Source: Epiperipatus broadwayi (Eukaryota; Animalia; Onychophora). Taken from it: a stretch of DNA of 64,000 nucleotides. The notes below the pieces were generated by a model. The model did no database searches. It saw nothing but the letters and a program-made list of their open reading frames with translations, and was not told where the DNA came from. The stretch is from positions 20,832,001 through 20,896,000 of the forward strand of contig JAQFVV010000005.1 of assembly GCA_028023455.1 (NCBI GenBank), read 5' to 3'. Numbering within the stretch: the first letter of the stretch is position 1; each line of letters begins with the position of its first letter. Below are positions 39,181-51,712 of this stretch, in pieces. Both the position numbers and the translations under genes were made by a program.

Positions 39181-40267
39181 TAGACTTGTTATAACCAGTT
39201 TGTGGTTGTATGAGGATAAAAGTATTTGTGATAGCCTGCATTTCAAATGTATCTATCTTTTTTTTTTCATTCGATTTAGAGTGTTTATGGTATTAGGAAT
39301 AATTAAAAAAAAAAAACAAGTTATCTCATTCCAGTGGCTTTTGCAGCGACCACATTTATGTACTACATAGTTATTTTATAATGATTGATAATGAAGTTTA
39401 TACTTTTTTTAGGAATAGTTTATTAGAAGCGGCAAACAATTTTTTTTCTTATAATTTGCAAGTTTATAGCTTTAATTCATTTGTATTAAACATTAAAAAA
39501 AAAACCGATTAGTTGTGGTTAATCAATAATTAACGATTATATCTGACAAATCAATTGAACTAATTAGTTTTTTTTTTTTTTACTCTTGAATTGTATTATA
39601 TATGGATAAATACCCTCCGCCCCTTTTCTTTTTATTAAAGACTTATATTTATCTTCATTTTATTTTTCAAGTCTTTAATCACTTTATCTTGAGAAAAAAA
39701 ATTTTTTTTTAAAATTTAAAAAAGTATTTTTTTTTTCCGATATTAGATTATAAGTAAAACGTAATCTTTTTTATTTCAGATTTAACTCTTTATTTTTGAG
39801 TATTTAAAAAATATCATTTTATGTCAAATATTTAAGATTTAGAAAAGTTGCAGTTTTAATATTTCCATATACTGATATTAGTATTTCAGAAAAAACAAAA
39901 TTGAATAAAAATAGGCTATTAAAAAAAATACAGAGATTTAAAATGCTTTTCACGTGTTTAGAAGACAGTTTTAAAGGATGGATGTAATTTATCGCTTCTA
40001 ACCAATTTTTAGTATTTATGTGAAAACATTCATTTTTCGTCGGAAAAAAAGAAGTTTAAATTCATTATTAACCTTTAGTTTGTATAGTAGAAATGTCAGT
40101 ACTTAGATTTCAGAATATTTTTTAAATAGATGGGATTAAAACTGTCTTTCTTGAAATATAATAAACCATTTTTAACATCCGAAAATAATTTTCTACTTAT
40201 AAGCTCAAGTTTAGTATTTACGTAGAAATGTTTCTTTTTTACCATTATTTTCTCACTCTGTTCTCAC

Positions 40268-40332
40268 TGACTAAACTCTGCAAGTTTTTGGCAGAAGTTC
40301 GAAGTCCATGGATTGAGGCTAGGATCCGCCAT
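40268..40332 (-). CDS. Candidate first coding exon (MADPSLNPWTSNFCQKLAEFS), product unknown
   Basis: AAAAATGGCGG (Kozak/YY1-like) start, donor CA/GTGAGA at 40267, upstream CCAAT (40442-40446) and GTCACATGAT E-box-like motif, CpG-retaining surroundings. Confidence 0.35.
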
Positions 40333-41649
40333 TTTTAGTGCTCAAACTTATGGTACTTGAGTAGTAAACCTTTCAATTTATTTACTATTGTTATTTGTTA
40401 GTGACAAACTCAAACGCTAGAAGTTCTGGAATGATACCCGACCAATCATTTTTGGTGCTGAACGTCACATGATCTTCCAAGCAACCAAATACTCAATTTT
40501 TATGATAACCATGATTTATTGTTTAAAGATAATCAGTCTTATTTTTTTTTCAATACATTTTATTAATGCTTAATTTTTTTAATCACAAAACTATAAATAA
40601 AATATATTGCAAAAAATAATATAAAATTAATCACACGATGTATAATCTTTTTTTTTTACAAATGAAAGTTTTCTTTGATAATACAAAATGAAAATAAAAA
40701 ATATTATTTCCCTGGACATGATGAATGGAAGATATTTTTTCTTTGTTACTTGATAGAATCAGAATTGTTTGATATATCTAATAATTAAGAACAGCATCTT
40801 ATTCTGGTATTATTTAATATACGTAATAATTAAGAAGAGCATCTTATTCCAGCATCATCTACTATAAACTTGAGCAATCTGTGATTATTTAAAATAAAAG
40901 TAGATGGCGCTGAAGTGAAGGATTCATCTTGATTTATCATATGTAAGCTGATTGTTTGTATTGAATTTGTTGCTATCATTTATAATATTGTATAATATTT
41001 TGTTTTTATTTAAAATTTGTTTTTCCACTACAAAAATCTTAGTGAGCTGGGATTATATTTAAGTCATAATTGTTTTGGCAAGCCTCATTAGGAATTTACT
41101 AGCAAGTCTATACCGACCTTCTCTATTCTAAAGAAAGTTGGGGAAAAAATTATTATTCTTTATCACTCAATATACTTCTCAATGTTTTATCTAATCCATC
41201 TAAAATAACAATGACCTCTCTCTTCTTAATTTAGAACTTAATCTCTGTACCAAATGATAGTAGAAACAGATATTTAATATAGTTATCTATATTTTATTAT
41301 TCATGTTGTTTTTGATCTATGGATCTCTTTAATTGAATGTATGCAATGATAGATTTAGAGAGAAAGGGAGGGAGGACTAGGTAAAAAGAATATTTGAATC
41401 CCTCTTTAAAAATATAAAAGATAATTAAACATTTATAACTCAAAATTTTCTATTAACTAGTCTTTGTTTTATTTGAAGGATTTAGGCAAATAATTGTTTT
41501 TTATCATTCACAATATATTAAAATATTATAATAGATATAAAAAATATTTATAATAAACACTTTTATTTACTATGGAAACTAAAAACAAGCAAATAATTAT
41601 ATCCTCAACCACAAATGTGATTTTTATATTTAATTTGAATTAAAAGTTT

Positions 41650-41728
41650 GGGGAGACCAGAAATTAATTAAGTCAATCCTTTGTTATAAAAATAGAGATT
41701 GATTTAATTAGTTTCTGCCCCTCACCCC
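41650..41728. repeat. Small hairpin or mini-MITE
   Basis: 21-bp inverted arms 41658-41678 and 41697-41717, 2 mismatches. Confidence 0.6.
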
Positions 41729-43619
41729 GTGCTTTTATTTTAAGTTAAATATAAAAATCCCAATTGTGGTTGAAGAAATAATTATTTTCTTGGTTTTTAG
41801 TTCCCATACTAAACAAAGCATCCATTAATATATATATTATTTTTAATTATTTACCATATTTTTTTCATTATTCCAAAGTCATTTTAATGTTTGAAATTAA
41901 AAATTATATGTATTAAATAATGATCATTCACAATATACATTACATATTTCAAAAATGTTTTTAAAAATCAACTTTTTGAATCAAAATTAAGAAAAATGTC
42001 ACTTTAAAAAAAATGAACTTTTATAATTAAAGATTTGTTTTTGTTTGAATTTTAAATTCTCACTAAAATATCTCTTAATGCAACCTTTTTTAAATATATA
42101 TGCATCACTCTCATAATGCATCTCAGAAAATATAGCAATCTGCTTAATATTTCAAAACAAAGTCATACAGATTAAAAATGATTTACAATATAAGTGGTTT
42201 ATGTGAAAAATATTTTTAACAATCAATTTTTACAGACAAAATAAAAAATGTCTTTATACTTTTTTTAAAAAAAGGAAAAACTTTTATGATCAAGATTTAT
42301 TTTTATTTCAATTTTAAAAGATTTTGAAGATACTTTTTAAAACAAAACTTTTTAAAAATATGTATATATCACCCTCTTATGTGCGTTATTAAAAACTTAT
42401 TAAAGCGATATGAACATATTTTAAATTTGATATCAAAATATTTGAAATTACATCCATCCATTCCTTTGGATTTAATAAATTAAAAAACTTACCTAAAATA
42501 ATTTAGTGCTCATATTGAAATGCCAGTGATTTATAAGAAATATACTAAATTTAAGCAAATTATATTGAATTTTAATATATTAAACCTTGATTTTAAAATT
42601 TTATTCAAACTTAAATAAAGTATTTACAAAAAACAAAAACAAAACAAGATTGTTACTTAAAGCATTATAAACAATTTTTTTGAAATAATAAATCAATAAA
42701 GAAGAAGTTTATTTTAGGTGATCAAAATATATTGATATATTCTTCCCCTTGCAATTTTTATTTTTTTAACTCGTAAAGTCACTAAATGGAGACTTTACTA
42801 TTGGATCTGGGGAAAAAATGGCTTCATAAATTTATTTCATATATCATAATTCTTTGGTTATTTGAAAAGTTTCTTGACTGAACAAAGACAGGATATTGAT
42901 TTGAGGGGTGTCTTAGGTGATGAAACTATATCTGCAGTTAGAAATAAATTTGATCAGCTTAGTAGCTTTTTATACATTTTTTGTGAATTAATTTTTCTAA
43001 TATCTGTTAAAGATATGTAGGAAAGAGCAGGAAACCACTGCAAGGTAATGAACTTGAGTAATATTTGTCATTATAGTATTTAATTATATATTCACCAATT
43101 TGTTTGCTAATATCTGTTGTGAAAGAGTAGAAAGTCACTGCAAGAGAGTTGACATTAATGTGCCAATAAACAATGCAAGCATTAAGGAACTGTTCTTAGA
43201 ATTTTTGAATCACAATCCAAGTCGTGTCAACCTTTCCAAAAAGGTTGTTTTTAGCAATTAATTTAGATCTAATTTTTGGTGGATGATTAAAATAATCTAA
43301 GTAATATAGAGTAGTATTATGTTTTAGTATATTTGTTGCAAGTTATACCTATTATATTTCTTTATTATTTAGATGAAAAGTTTAACATATTATTTGTGTG
43401 TGTTTAAAAATAAGACTTCAGTGCTTGAAAAAGATTTCTAAACTTTTCATATTGTTATTAAGAGATTTTTGGTTGAAAGTCATACAAATATTTTTTTATT
43501 ATTAGCAAATTTTATAATTCAGGTAGTGGTAGTCATTTTTCAACTCTTAAAGCCAAAAGTTGCTTGCATTAATTAACTCAACAAGCAATAGATGGCAGGG
43601 CATCCATACATTTATAATC

Positions 43620-44413
43620 AATGTTTGGTAGATTGTAATTTATGAATAATAAGAGAATAGCCAAAATAGTATTTAATTAGATTACGAGTAAAGGGCAGGC
43701 GACAAGATGGCTGAGAAAGGTACTATGTTATGCAGAAGATTTGGATATAAGAATTTATGTCGGTATACCTATACAAAAGGTGGAACAATTGTGTTAGAAT
43801 TGTTGCATATTATAGTGGCAAGGAATGAACTAGAAGAATAGATGTGATGCATTAATAAGGAATAGAGAGTTGGAGAGATGAAGAATTAATATGGAGAGTA
43901 AAAAGTTTAAATATACAATATATAGAAGTAAATAGAATATTGGATGCAGGTTAATTATGATAATAGCAAGGCTCAAACAAGATCTTTAACAATTAGGGAA
44001 TATGCACACAAATGGAAAAATGTGGGTGAATTATTCTGCAAGTTGGGTAAGAAAGGCATAGAAAATATTAGGCATCTGTTAACCGAATGTAAATGCCTGC
44101 AAACAAAAAGGATACAAATAATGAAGTTGTGGAAAAATAAATATAAGCAAAGTGATTATACAGAAAGTGAGTTCTTGGTTTTTATGCTGGATTTGGAAAA
44201 AGATAAAGACGATTTATATATAAAGGCCATGGAGCTGACAAAGATAATGTTGTGAAAATGGAATGGGGCAGGATAGAGAAGAATATGGAAAAAACCTAGG
44301 GTGTGGAATGGAAAGGGAAGGTAAAATGGCTAACAGGTTTTTTTGAGCATAGTGGCTGAGAGATTCCTGATTCTGGAAAAGGAGATCACAATGCATCACA
44401 TTGCATTGCATCA
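43620..44413 (+). mobile_element. LINE family L, 3'-terminal fragment with (CATCA/CATTG)n tail
   Basis: ORF 43944-44255 contains the zinc motif FCKLGKKGIENIRHLLTEC; 3' UTR matches the reverse complement of 60040-60160. Confidence 0.85.
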
Positions 44414-44841
44414 GTTTTCCTTTTTTAGATCTACTTACTGCTTACATACTTTGGTTTTAAAATAGATTGTTAAATGTCACCAATGCTCAGCTGAATATAA
44501 GCAATATAATTTAGTGACAATATTTTTTATTCATTGGCTTTAATGAAAGATGACCACTGGATAAAAAAATCAGTATTCTACTAGTAGAAAAAGAACATTT
44601 ACCTAAAAACAAAAAAGGAAACAAATTGGTTGAGTATGACTGCACTGCTATTTAGTATCTACTGATTTAATGAGTGTAAATTGGGAAAACTTGTTATTCT
44701 TTCTTTAATTATTTATTTTTGTTAGTGGTGCAAATATAAAAAAAAGTCAATTTACCTATTTATTAAATATATATTTTACATAGGACAGCACATTACTTTT
44801 AAGTAGCAAATCTATTTCTACTTTATATTGCTACTGAACTG

Positions 44842-44946
<105 letters not shown>

Positions 44947-44989
44947 AAGTTACATGAGATTCCAAACATTATAATGTTTTGGAATTTCA

Positions 44990-45210
44990 ACTGGCAGCTT
45001 TAAAGATAGTTACTGGATGAAAGATGCATTAAAATCCAATTGAACTAAATCAAGATCCAAAACTCCTCACTGATGTTAATCCATAAGCTAGAAACTATTC
45101 TGGGAATATGGCTAAGACAGCACCAAATACAGATTTATTAAGCACTATCATCTGGCATCTATTCATTACTTAGACTTACAATAGCATATAGAAATAAATT
45201 TGCTATTTAC
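44990..45210 (+). mobile_element. Old, decayed family A copy
   Basis: GATCCAAAACTCCTCACTGATG...AAGCTAGAAACTATTCTGGGAAT matches the family A hammerhead region. Confidence 0.6.
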
Positions 45211-45479
45211 ATTTGTATTCTGCTTGAGAGTTGAATTTTTGAATGATTTTTTTTTTTACAGATTATTTTATATATATATTGTGGTTATTTCTTTTAGATT
45301 ATAGCTTGGTTGAATAAAAAATATTTTAAAATTCACAAATAAATGTCATTATTGTATGGTGATAAATTTTCAAATGGGTGAATACATTTTAATCTGGATG
45401 AATAGTGATGAATACAGGAAAGAATTCCTGCAGATGTAAAATAATAAAAATCTTTTCTGATAGAATCAATAATTCCTAT

Positions 45480-46230
45480 GGATCAAGGCAAAACACCTAG
45501 AGAATTTTGAAAAGAATGTGTAAAATAATAGTGCTGAAACATACAAAAAGACTATATGAAGATAAAAAAAATAGAAAACACTAAGAAGACTACCATAGAA
45601 AAACACATAATACTTTGAGAAATAGAGTAGCAAATATTAAAATTGTGTATAGAAGAATAATATAGAAAATACTGACATGATAGTTTAAAGAACTAAGTAA
45701 AAGTTAGAAAATATAAAAAAATATGTTGAATAATATAGAAACCCTTAGAAATACTACATAGAAAAATAATATAGAAAACTCCAAGAAATCTATAGTTGAA
45801 AAATAATGTAGAGAATTCTAAGAAGATGATATAGAAGTCTAACATAAAAAAATCTGAAAAGACTATATAGATTATAAAAATAATATAAATTTTTTTAAGA
45901 AAATTGCACAGAAGAATAATATAGAGAACTCTGAAGATGACAGTGTAGAAATTTAGTTTAGAGATTGTAGAATATTATAGAAAACTCTGCAAAAACTATG
46001 TAGAATAATAATGTAGAGAATTCCAAAAAATTGTAATAGAAAAGTAATGTAAAGAAATTAAAGAAAACTATATAGAAAACTCTGAATAGATATTATAGAA
46101 GACACAAACAATATTATCTAGAGACATGATATAATAATTTCAAGACAATATAGATTATTGTATTCAACTCTTGAAAAATTTATTTAGAAAAATAATGCGG
46201 AAACTTTTGAGAAAAGTATCTAGAATAATA
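45480..46230. repeat. Degenerate A-rich minisatellite (units resembling AGAAAATAATATAGAGAATTCTAAGAAGATACTATAT)
   Basis: Recurring TAGAAAA, ATAATATAGA and AACTCT motifs; exact period not determined. Confidence 0.6.
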
Positions 46231-47088
46231 ATAATAATTTATATTCTTTTTTTCTAATTTAACAAATAAAAATAAATTGTCTTAGTTTATTTTATTTATT
46301 TTTTTACAATTTTTTACACACAAAAAAATTTACTTCTCATAATGCTCTTTCCACAATGCCTTATTTATGATAGTTTCGACTGACAAGTAATTTTCTTCAG
46401 ATATTTGAAATACCATTCATTTATCGCTTTCTTATGAATTCATGCCTATAGCATATATAATTACTATTTCATTTGAATATTTCAATATTCTTAGTTTTCA
46501 AATTAGCAAAAAATAATTAATTTTTTTTTTTTGCTAATAGAATGTAAGAAATCAGAAGAATTTCTTATATTCAGGAATTAAAAAAAATTCACTTGATAAA
46601 TTTATTAAAAGATTTATTAATTCATTACATGATCAGTTGCTTAGGCATCACGTGACATTTTAACTGCAAAATAGCTGGCTGAAAGTGATCTATTTGTCTT
46701 AATTTTTTTTTAAAATCAGGAATATTATATATTTTAAACTAATATGTATTGATGAGTAAAAATTAATAGATTCTTCTCCATTACAATTCAGTCTAAAGTA
46801 TCATATGATGATATTTAGAAGTGCAAGTGAGTTATTTAGTATTTAAAGTAGCTTGCTGGTAAGAAAAAGTTTTTAGTTTAACTCTTAATTGAAGAAAAAA
46901 AAAGAACTAAAAATTCGTAATCCCCTCTTCTGAAATAGATCTTTCTGTTATCTAATAGTAGCATTTTCTAGTGGCAGTATTCTTGCTGGGGATATTCCAA
47001 AATGTAGTCCTCAGATTTTATACTTAATTTTAACTGCTCTTTTAGCAGCCATCTCATAACTAATAAATAATACTACAAGTTAAAATAT

Positions 47089-47575
47089 TAAAACAGGCAA
47101 AACTCTCTATACATATTGCCACTCAGTGCAAGCCAGATGCCAGAAGGCTTGTGCATAAAATCCTCATCTAGTGCCTATTCATCCAATATCCCCAGACTAG
47201 TTTCTGACTTGTGGCCTTCATCAGTGATGAGCCTTGGATCTGAGAGCACTGCACCTATATCTTGGGATCTAATGCAAACCTCCAGTTGCCACCTTTTATC
47301 TCTACTTAACTACAAAACTATGAGGCTTAAATTGAAAACACTATAATATTTTCAATCCAAGCTCAGTGCTCTCAGATTCAAGGCTACTCACTGATGAAGA
47401 CCAAAAGCCAGAAACTAGTCAGGATATTGGATGAGTAGGCACTAGATGGGGATTTAATGCACAAGTCTTCTGGCATCCATTGATTACTCTGACTTGCACT
47501 GAGTGGCAATATGTATAAGAGTTTTGCCTGTTTTAATGACAGTTATGAGCAAGCATAAAAAATGGCAATCATGTG
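47089..47575. mobile_element. Family A fold-back element with both hammerhead cores intact
   Basis: 12-bp TSD AAGTTAAAATAT at 47077-47088 and 47576-47587; CTGATGA...GAAACTAGTC at about 47186-47232 (-) and 47385-47428 (+). Confidence 0.9.
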
Positions 47576-48173
47576 AAGTTAAAATATATAATAACAATAT
47601 ACACTTATTTTATATACAAGTAATAGTTTGCATAGAAAGAAATATGCATAATAGACTCTTCTAGAATAATCATGGAATGACTGGATTGAGAGATACTGAA
47701 GCTCAATCTATTCTATCATGTGCTTCAATATCATATAATCTATTGAACCATTCACTAATCATTTATTAATAAAAAGGTGATCAAAGGGTTTATTGCTTAG
47801 GATTTTATATGAAGTTTAAGCACTGAAGTGAATGATATGCAGGTGTTATCCATGAACCTTGATTTCCAGAGACCACCAGCTTGCCACTGTACTAAGTTTG
47901 CAGAATATTTTATTTATTTATTTATTTGTAGAACATATGATAACTTACAATAAATAAATCATCAGTTTCAATTTGGCTCAGAATAAAAAAGCAGTCAACT
48001 CATGTTAAAAAAATAATAATTGAACATAAAGTATAAGAAGTTTTGGAGTACAATATAATAATTCTCATAGTAATACATTAGAAAAATCAATCCCTTCCAC
48101 TTACACTACTTCAAAGCCATATATTATAAGCTTGATCAATCACATCCTAACCAATACTAATGCCACATGCAAA

Positions 48174-48458
48174 CCCATACCAATCTCCAGCCACAATCTT
48201 ATTTAGATAGTTAGAAGTGACTCTTACTATTCATCCTAATAACACCCATACCAATATCTAGCCATAATCTTACTCAGATAGTTGGAAGTGACTCTTACTA
48301 TTCGTCCTAATAACACTCATACCAATCTCCAGCCACAATCTTCTTCAGATAATTAGAAGTGATTCTTACCATTCGCCCTAATAACACCCATACCAATCTC
48401 TAGCCACAATCTTATTCAGAAAGTTACAAGTGACTCATACCATTTCATCCTAATAACT
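48174..48458. repeat. Minisatellite, 71-bp unit x about 4
   Basis: C(C/T)CATAC recurs at 48174, 48245, 48316 and 48387. Confidence 0.9.
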
Positions 48459-49546
48459 CAAGATTTAAATGCTTTAGGGCTTGAACTCAAGAAAACTATC
48501 TATATCTATATAAATCTGAATATGCTTAGATGATGTAAGAAAGTGGTCAAAGAATGTATTGGAGATTTAGAAGTGGCATTTTCAACTTGATAGTCATTTG
48601 TTATTTAGACTTACAATAGATTACTCTAGTGATAACTGAGTGAATTGCTGCATCTAATGCAGATAACAAAAGTAATCCAAGTTATTTATACATGACTATA
48701 TTATAGTAATGCCGATGCTTTAGAGAAAAAAATAATTTTGTTTTAAGAAATTGCTTAGCCAACAATAATGCAATTCATTAAGAACAATTCTTATCAGTAA
48801 CTTCAAATTCAAGGAAATAAAAAAATCTTCAACCCTTGTACTGAGTAGAAAGACAGGAGGCTCTAAAGCTTGATAGATTTCAGAGCTATTAGCAGCCATA
48901 GATTATAAATCTCTTAAACTAATAACATTAAAGTTTCCACTACTATTAGTGTATTGACAAAAGAGTGGAGATATAAAAAAGTCAAAGAAGTTCTCTATAA
49001 CACGTTATAGAAATACATTAATTAGGACAGCTATCAGAATGAGATCTACTGTACTGAAAACTATTTATAGGTGATAATAATCTTCTTTATATATATTTCA
49101 ATGCCTTCATAATAAAGATACAAATAACTTTTCATTCTTTGGGCTTTTCACAAAATTTTATTATTTATCCCTTTTAACAAAATATTTACAAATCTTTGGT
49201 GAATGCTGCAAATTCATCTGAAACAGGAGGAAAACAAATAAAGTTGCTTGAAAAATAAAAAATAGTGTTTTGTAGTAATTAGAGGGGCACAGCTTTAAAT
49301 TTGGTATCTAGAGGCCAAAACATCAATTTTAGATCAGATACATAATTTGTAGCACAATAGCAAAAGCTTACTAAGCTAATAGAATATACAAAATCTGTTG
49401 TCATGCCAACCTCTATAGCTAAAAAAAATGGATATAATTTCCCTTGACAATAAATTGTGGATATTTTTTTGGTTCCCTAAGCTTTGGTCATGCTATGAGT
49501 TACATTTGGAAATTAGAAATTGCTAAGTTATGGTCATATATAAATA

Positions 49547-51712
49547 CAGGCAGTCCCCTAGTTACGGACACTCAAGTTATAAACATTTTGCTATTACGTA
49601 ATCGCTTTTGAAATTTAGATCTTTATCTATGCGCATACGTTCATGTATAATTAGAGATATATACTGTAGAAAGAAATGGGTATTCAAAATTGTACAGTAT
49701 TTTAGTACTTTAAAAATTAAAAAAAATCCTAACGGTACAAATTTACAGTAACTGATAAAAAAACTATTTACATACATTCGTAATTGAATTTTTTTAAAGA
49801 AAGATAAACTTTGGAATTTAGAAAATAATTAAAAGTATATTTTAGAGAACAATAAAAACTTGTATAAAATACAGAAAATCTTCCCATCTCTCTGATATTA
49901 ATTACTTTTATTTTTAAAATCATCACAGACTGTCTTAAACAGGATCATCTCGATTAGCGCTTGTTTTTAAAAGTAGTTTGTGCGCAATTACATTACATAT
50001 GTACTGAATATATTTCTGTTTTGGGGAATTTTTTTCATTCTTATTAATTAAAAACCTGAGTAAGAAACAAAAATACAGCAGTGTTGATACAACCAAAAAG
50101 AAATCAAAGTATCATAAATCCCAAATGGTCGAGACAAAAATGGATATAAAAAACAAGAACAAAATTAAGGAATATGTTAAAAATTGTGGAAATATTTCTT
50201 CAAAGATTGTTTCAAAAAGACATGGCAGAGTAGTGGATGAAATGGAGAAATCTGACATTATGGATTGAAGATCAACATCAAAAAGACATCCCAGTGAATT
50301 TATCAATTATTCAAGCTAAAGTTCTTAGTTTGCATGAAGATTGAAGGAAAGAATTAAAAGAAGGCTGCTGTTCAATTTGTAGCAAGCAATGGCTGGTTTC
50401 ACAAATTTAAAATGAGATATTCTTTACATAATATTAAATGTACTGGGGAAGGTACCAGTGCAGATAAAAAAGCTACCAGTGAATTTATTTCCACTTTCTT
50501 TAATATCATTATAGATGTAGATGAGATAGGATTATTTTGAAAAAAGATGCCTGTATGTACATATTTAGCAAAGAAACAATCAGTTGCACCTTGGCATAAA
50601 CCTTTTAAAATCAGATTAACATTGCTTCTTGGAAGTAATTTAACTAATGATTCAAGACTGAATCCAATGTTAATTTATCAGACAGAAAATTCTAGAGCAC
50701 TGAAAGGAAAAACAAAAGAATGCTTCCAGTCATTTGGAAATCAAATACTAAAGCCTGGGCTACTGCACAGCTTTTTCAAGATTGGTTCTCACATCATTTT
50801 GTGCCTTCTATTAGGCAATATTGTGGTGAGAATAATTTACCATTTAAAACACTATTGCTCTTAGACAATTCTCTTGGACATCTCAAATCTCTGCAAAATT
50901 TATATCAGAAGTTAATGTTGTGTTTATCCCTCCCAATACCACACGTTAAATACAACTTATGGACCAAACTGTGATAGCTACTTTTAAGTGATATTATATG
51001 AGAAGATTAATGACTCAAGCAATCAAAGTGAATCTACATTAAGAGATTTTTTGGAAAATTTATAATATATGGAGTGCAATAAATATTATTGGGGGTGTGT
51101 GTGCTGAAATAAGAGAGCCAACAATGAAAGGTTGTTGGGAAAAAAAATATCCACAAATGGTGAATGCTTCTATGAACATTGAAGAAACTCCTGAAGATAT
51201 CACAACTGAAATAGTCAAGATAATGAATGAATTAAATTTAGATGTCACTGATGATGATATTGATGAGTTAATGCAATCTCACTCAGAACCTCTGTCAAAT
51301 GAAGACTTGATTAAACTACAAGAGATGAATAAAATACAAAATGAAGAAGAACCTGATAATAAACTTATTGTTAAGAGTTTGACAATCAAGAATATAAATG
51401 AAGCCATCATGCATTTTGACAAATTTTTGAACATCATGGAAGAATGTGACCCCAATGGAGAACTTATATCTCATGTATGAAGGGCAATAGAAAAAGATAC
51501 AGAATTCTTTTTCGAGAGAAGAAAAAGAATACAGTTGAATTAACTCTTGATAAATTTGTAAACAAAATTCCAGATACTAAACAATAAACAAGAAATACTG
51601 TGTTTTGAAAACCTTTTTTTGATGGTTTTTTTTACATACCTCTACCCTCAAATAATTTCACTTCCAAACATACGTCAGAAATCAATTAAGTTTGTAATTA
51701 GGGGACTGCATG
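49547..51712 (+). mobile_element. Tigger/pogo (Tc1-mariner superfamily) DNA transposon with a decayed transposase
   Basis: TIRs CA(G/T)GCAGTCCCCTA(G/A)TTAC with TA TSDs; transposase remnants WKSNTKAWATAQLFQDWFSHHF and LLLLDN (50720-50974) and the C-terminal segment 51097-51480. Confidence 0.9.

Noticed and set aside
48174-48458. CRISPR-like array
   Set aside because: The units are full-length tandem copies without unique spacers, in a eukaryotic context
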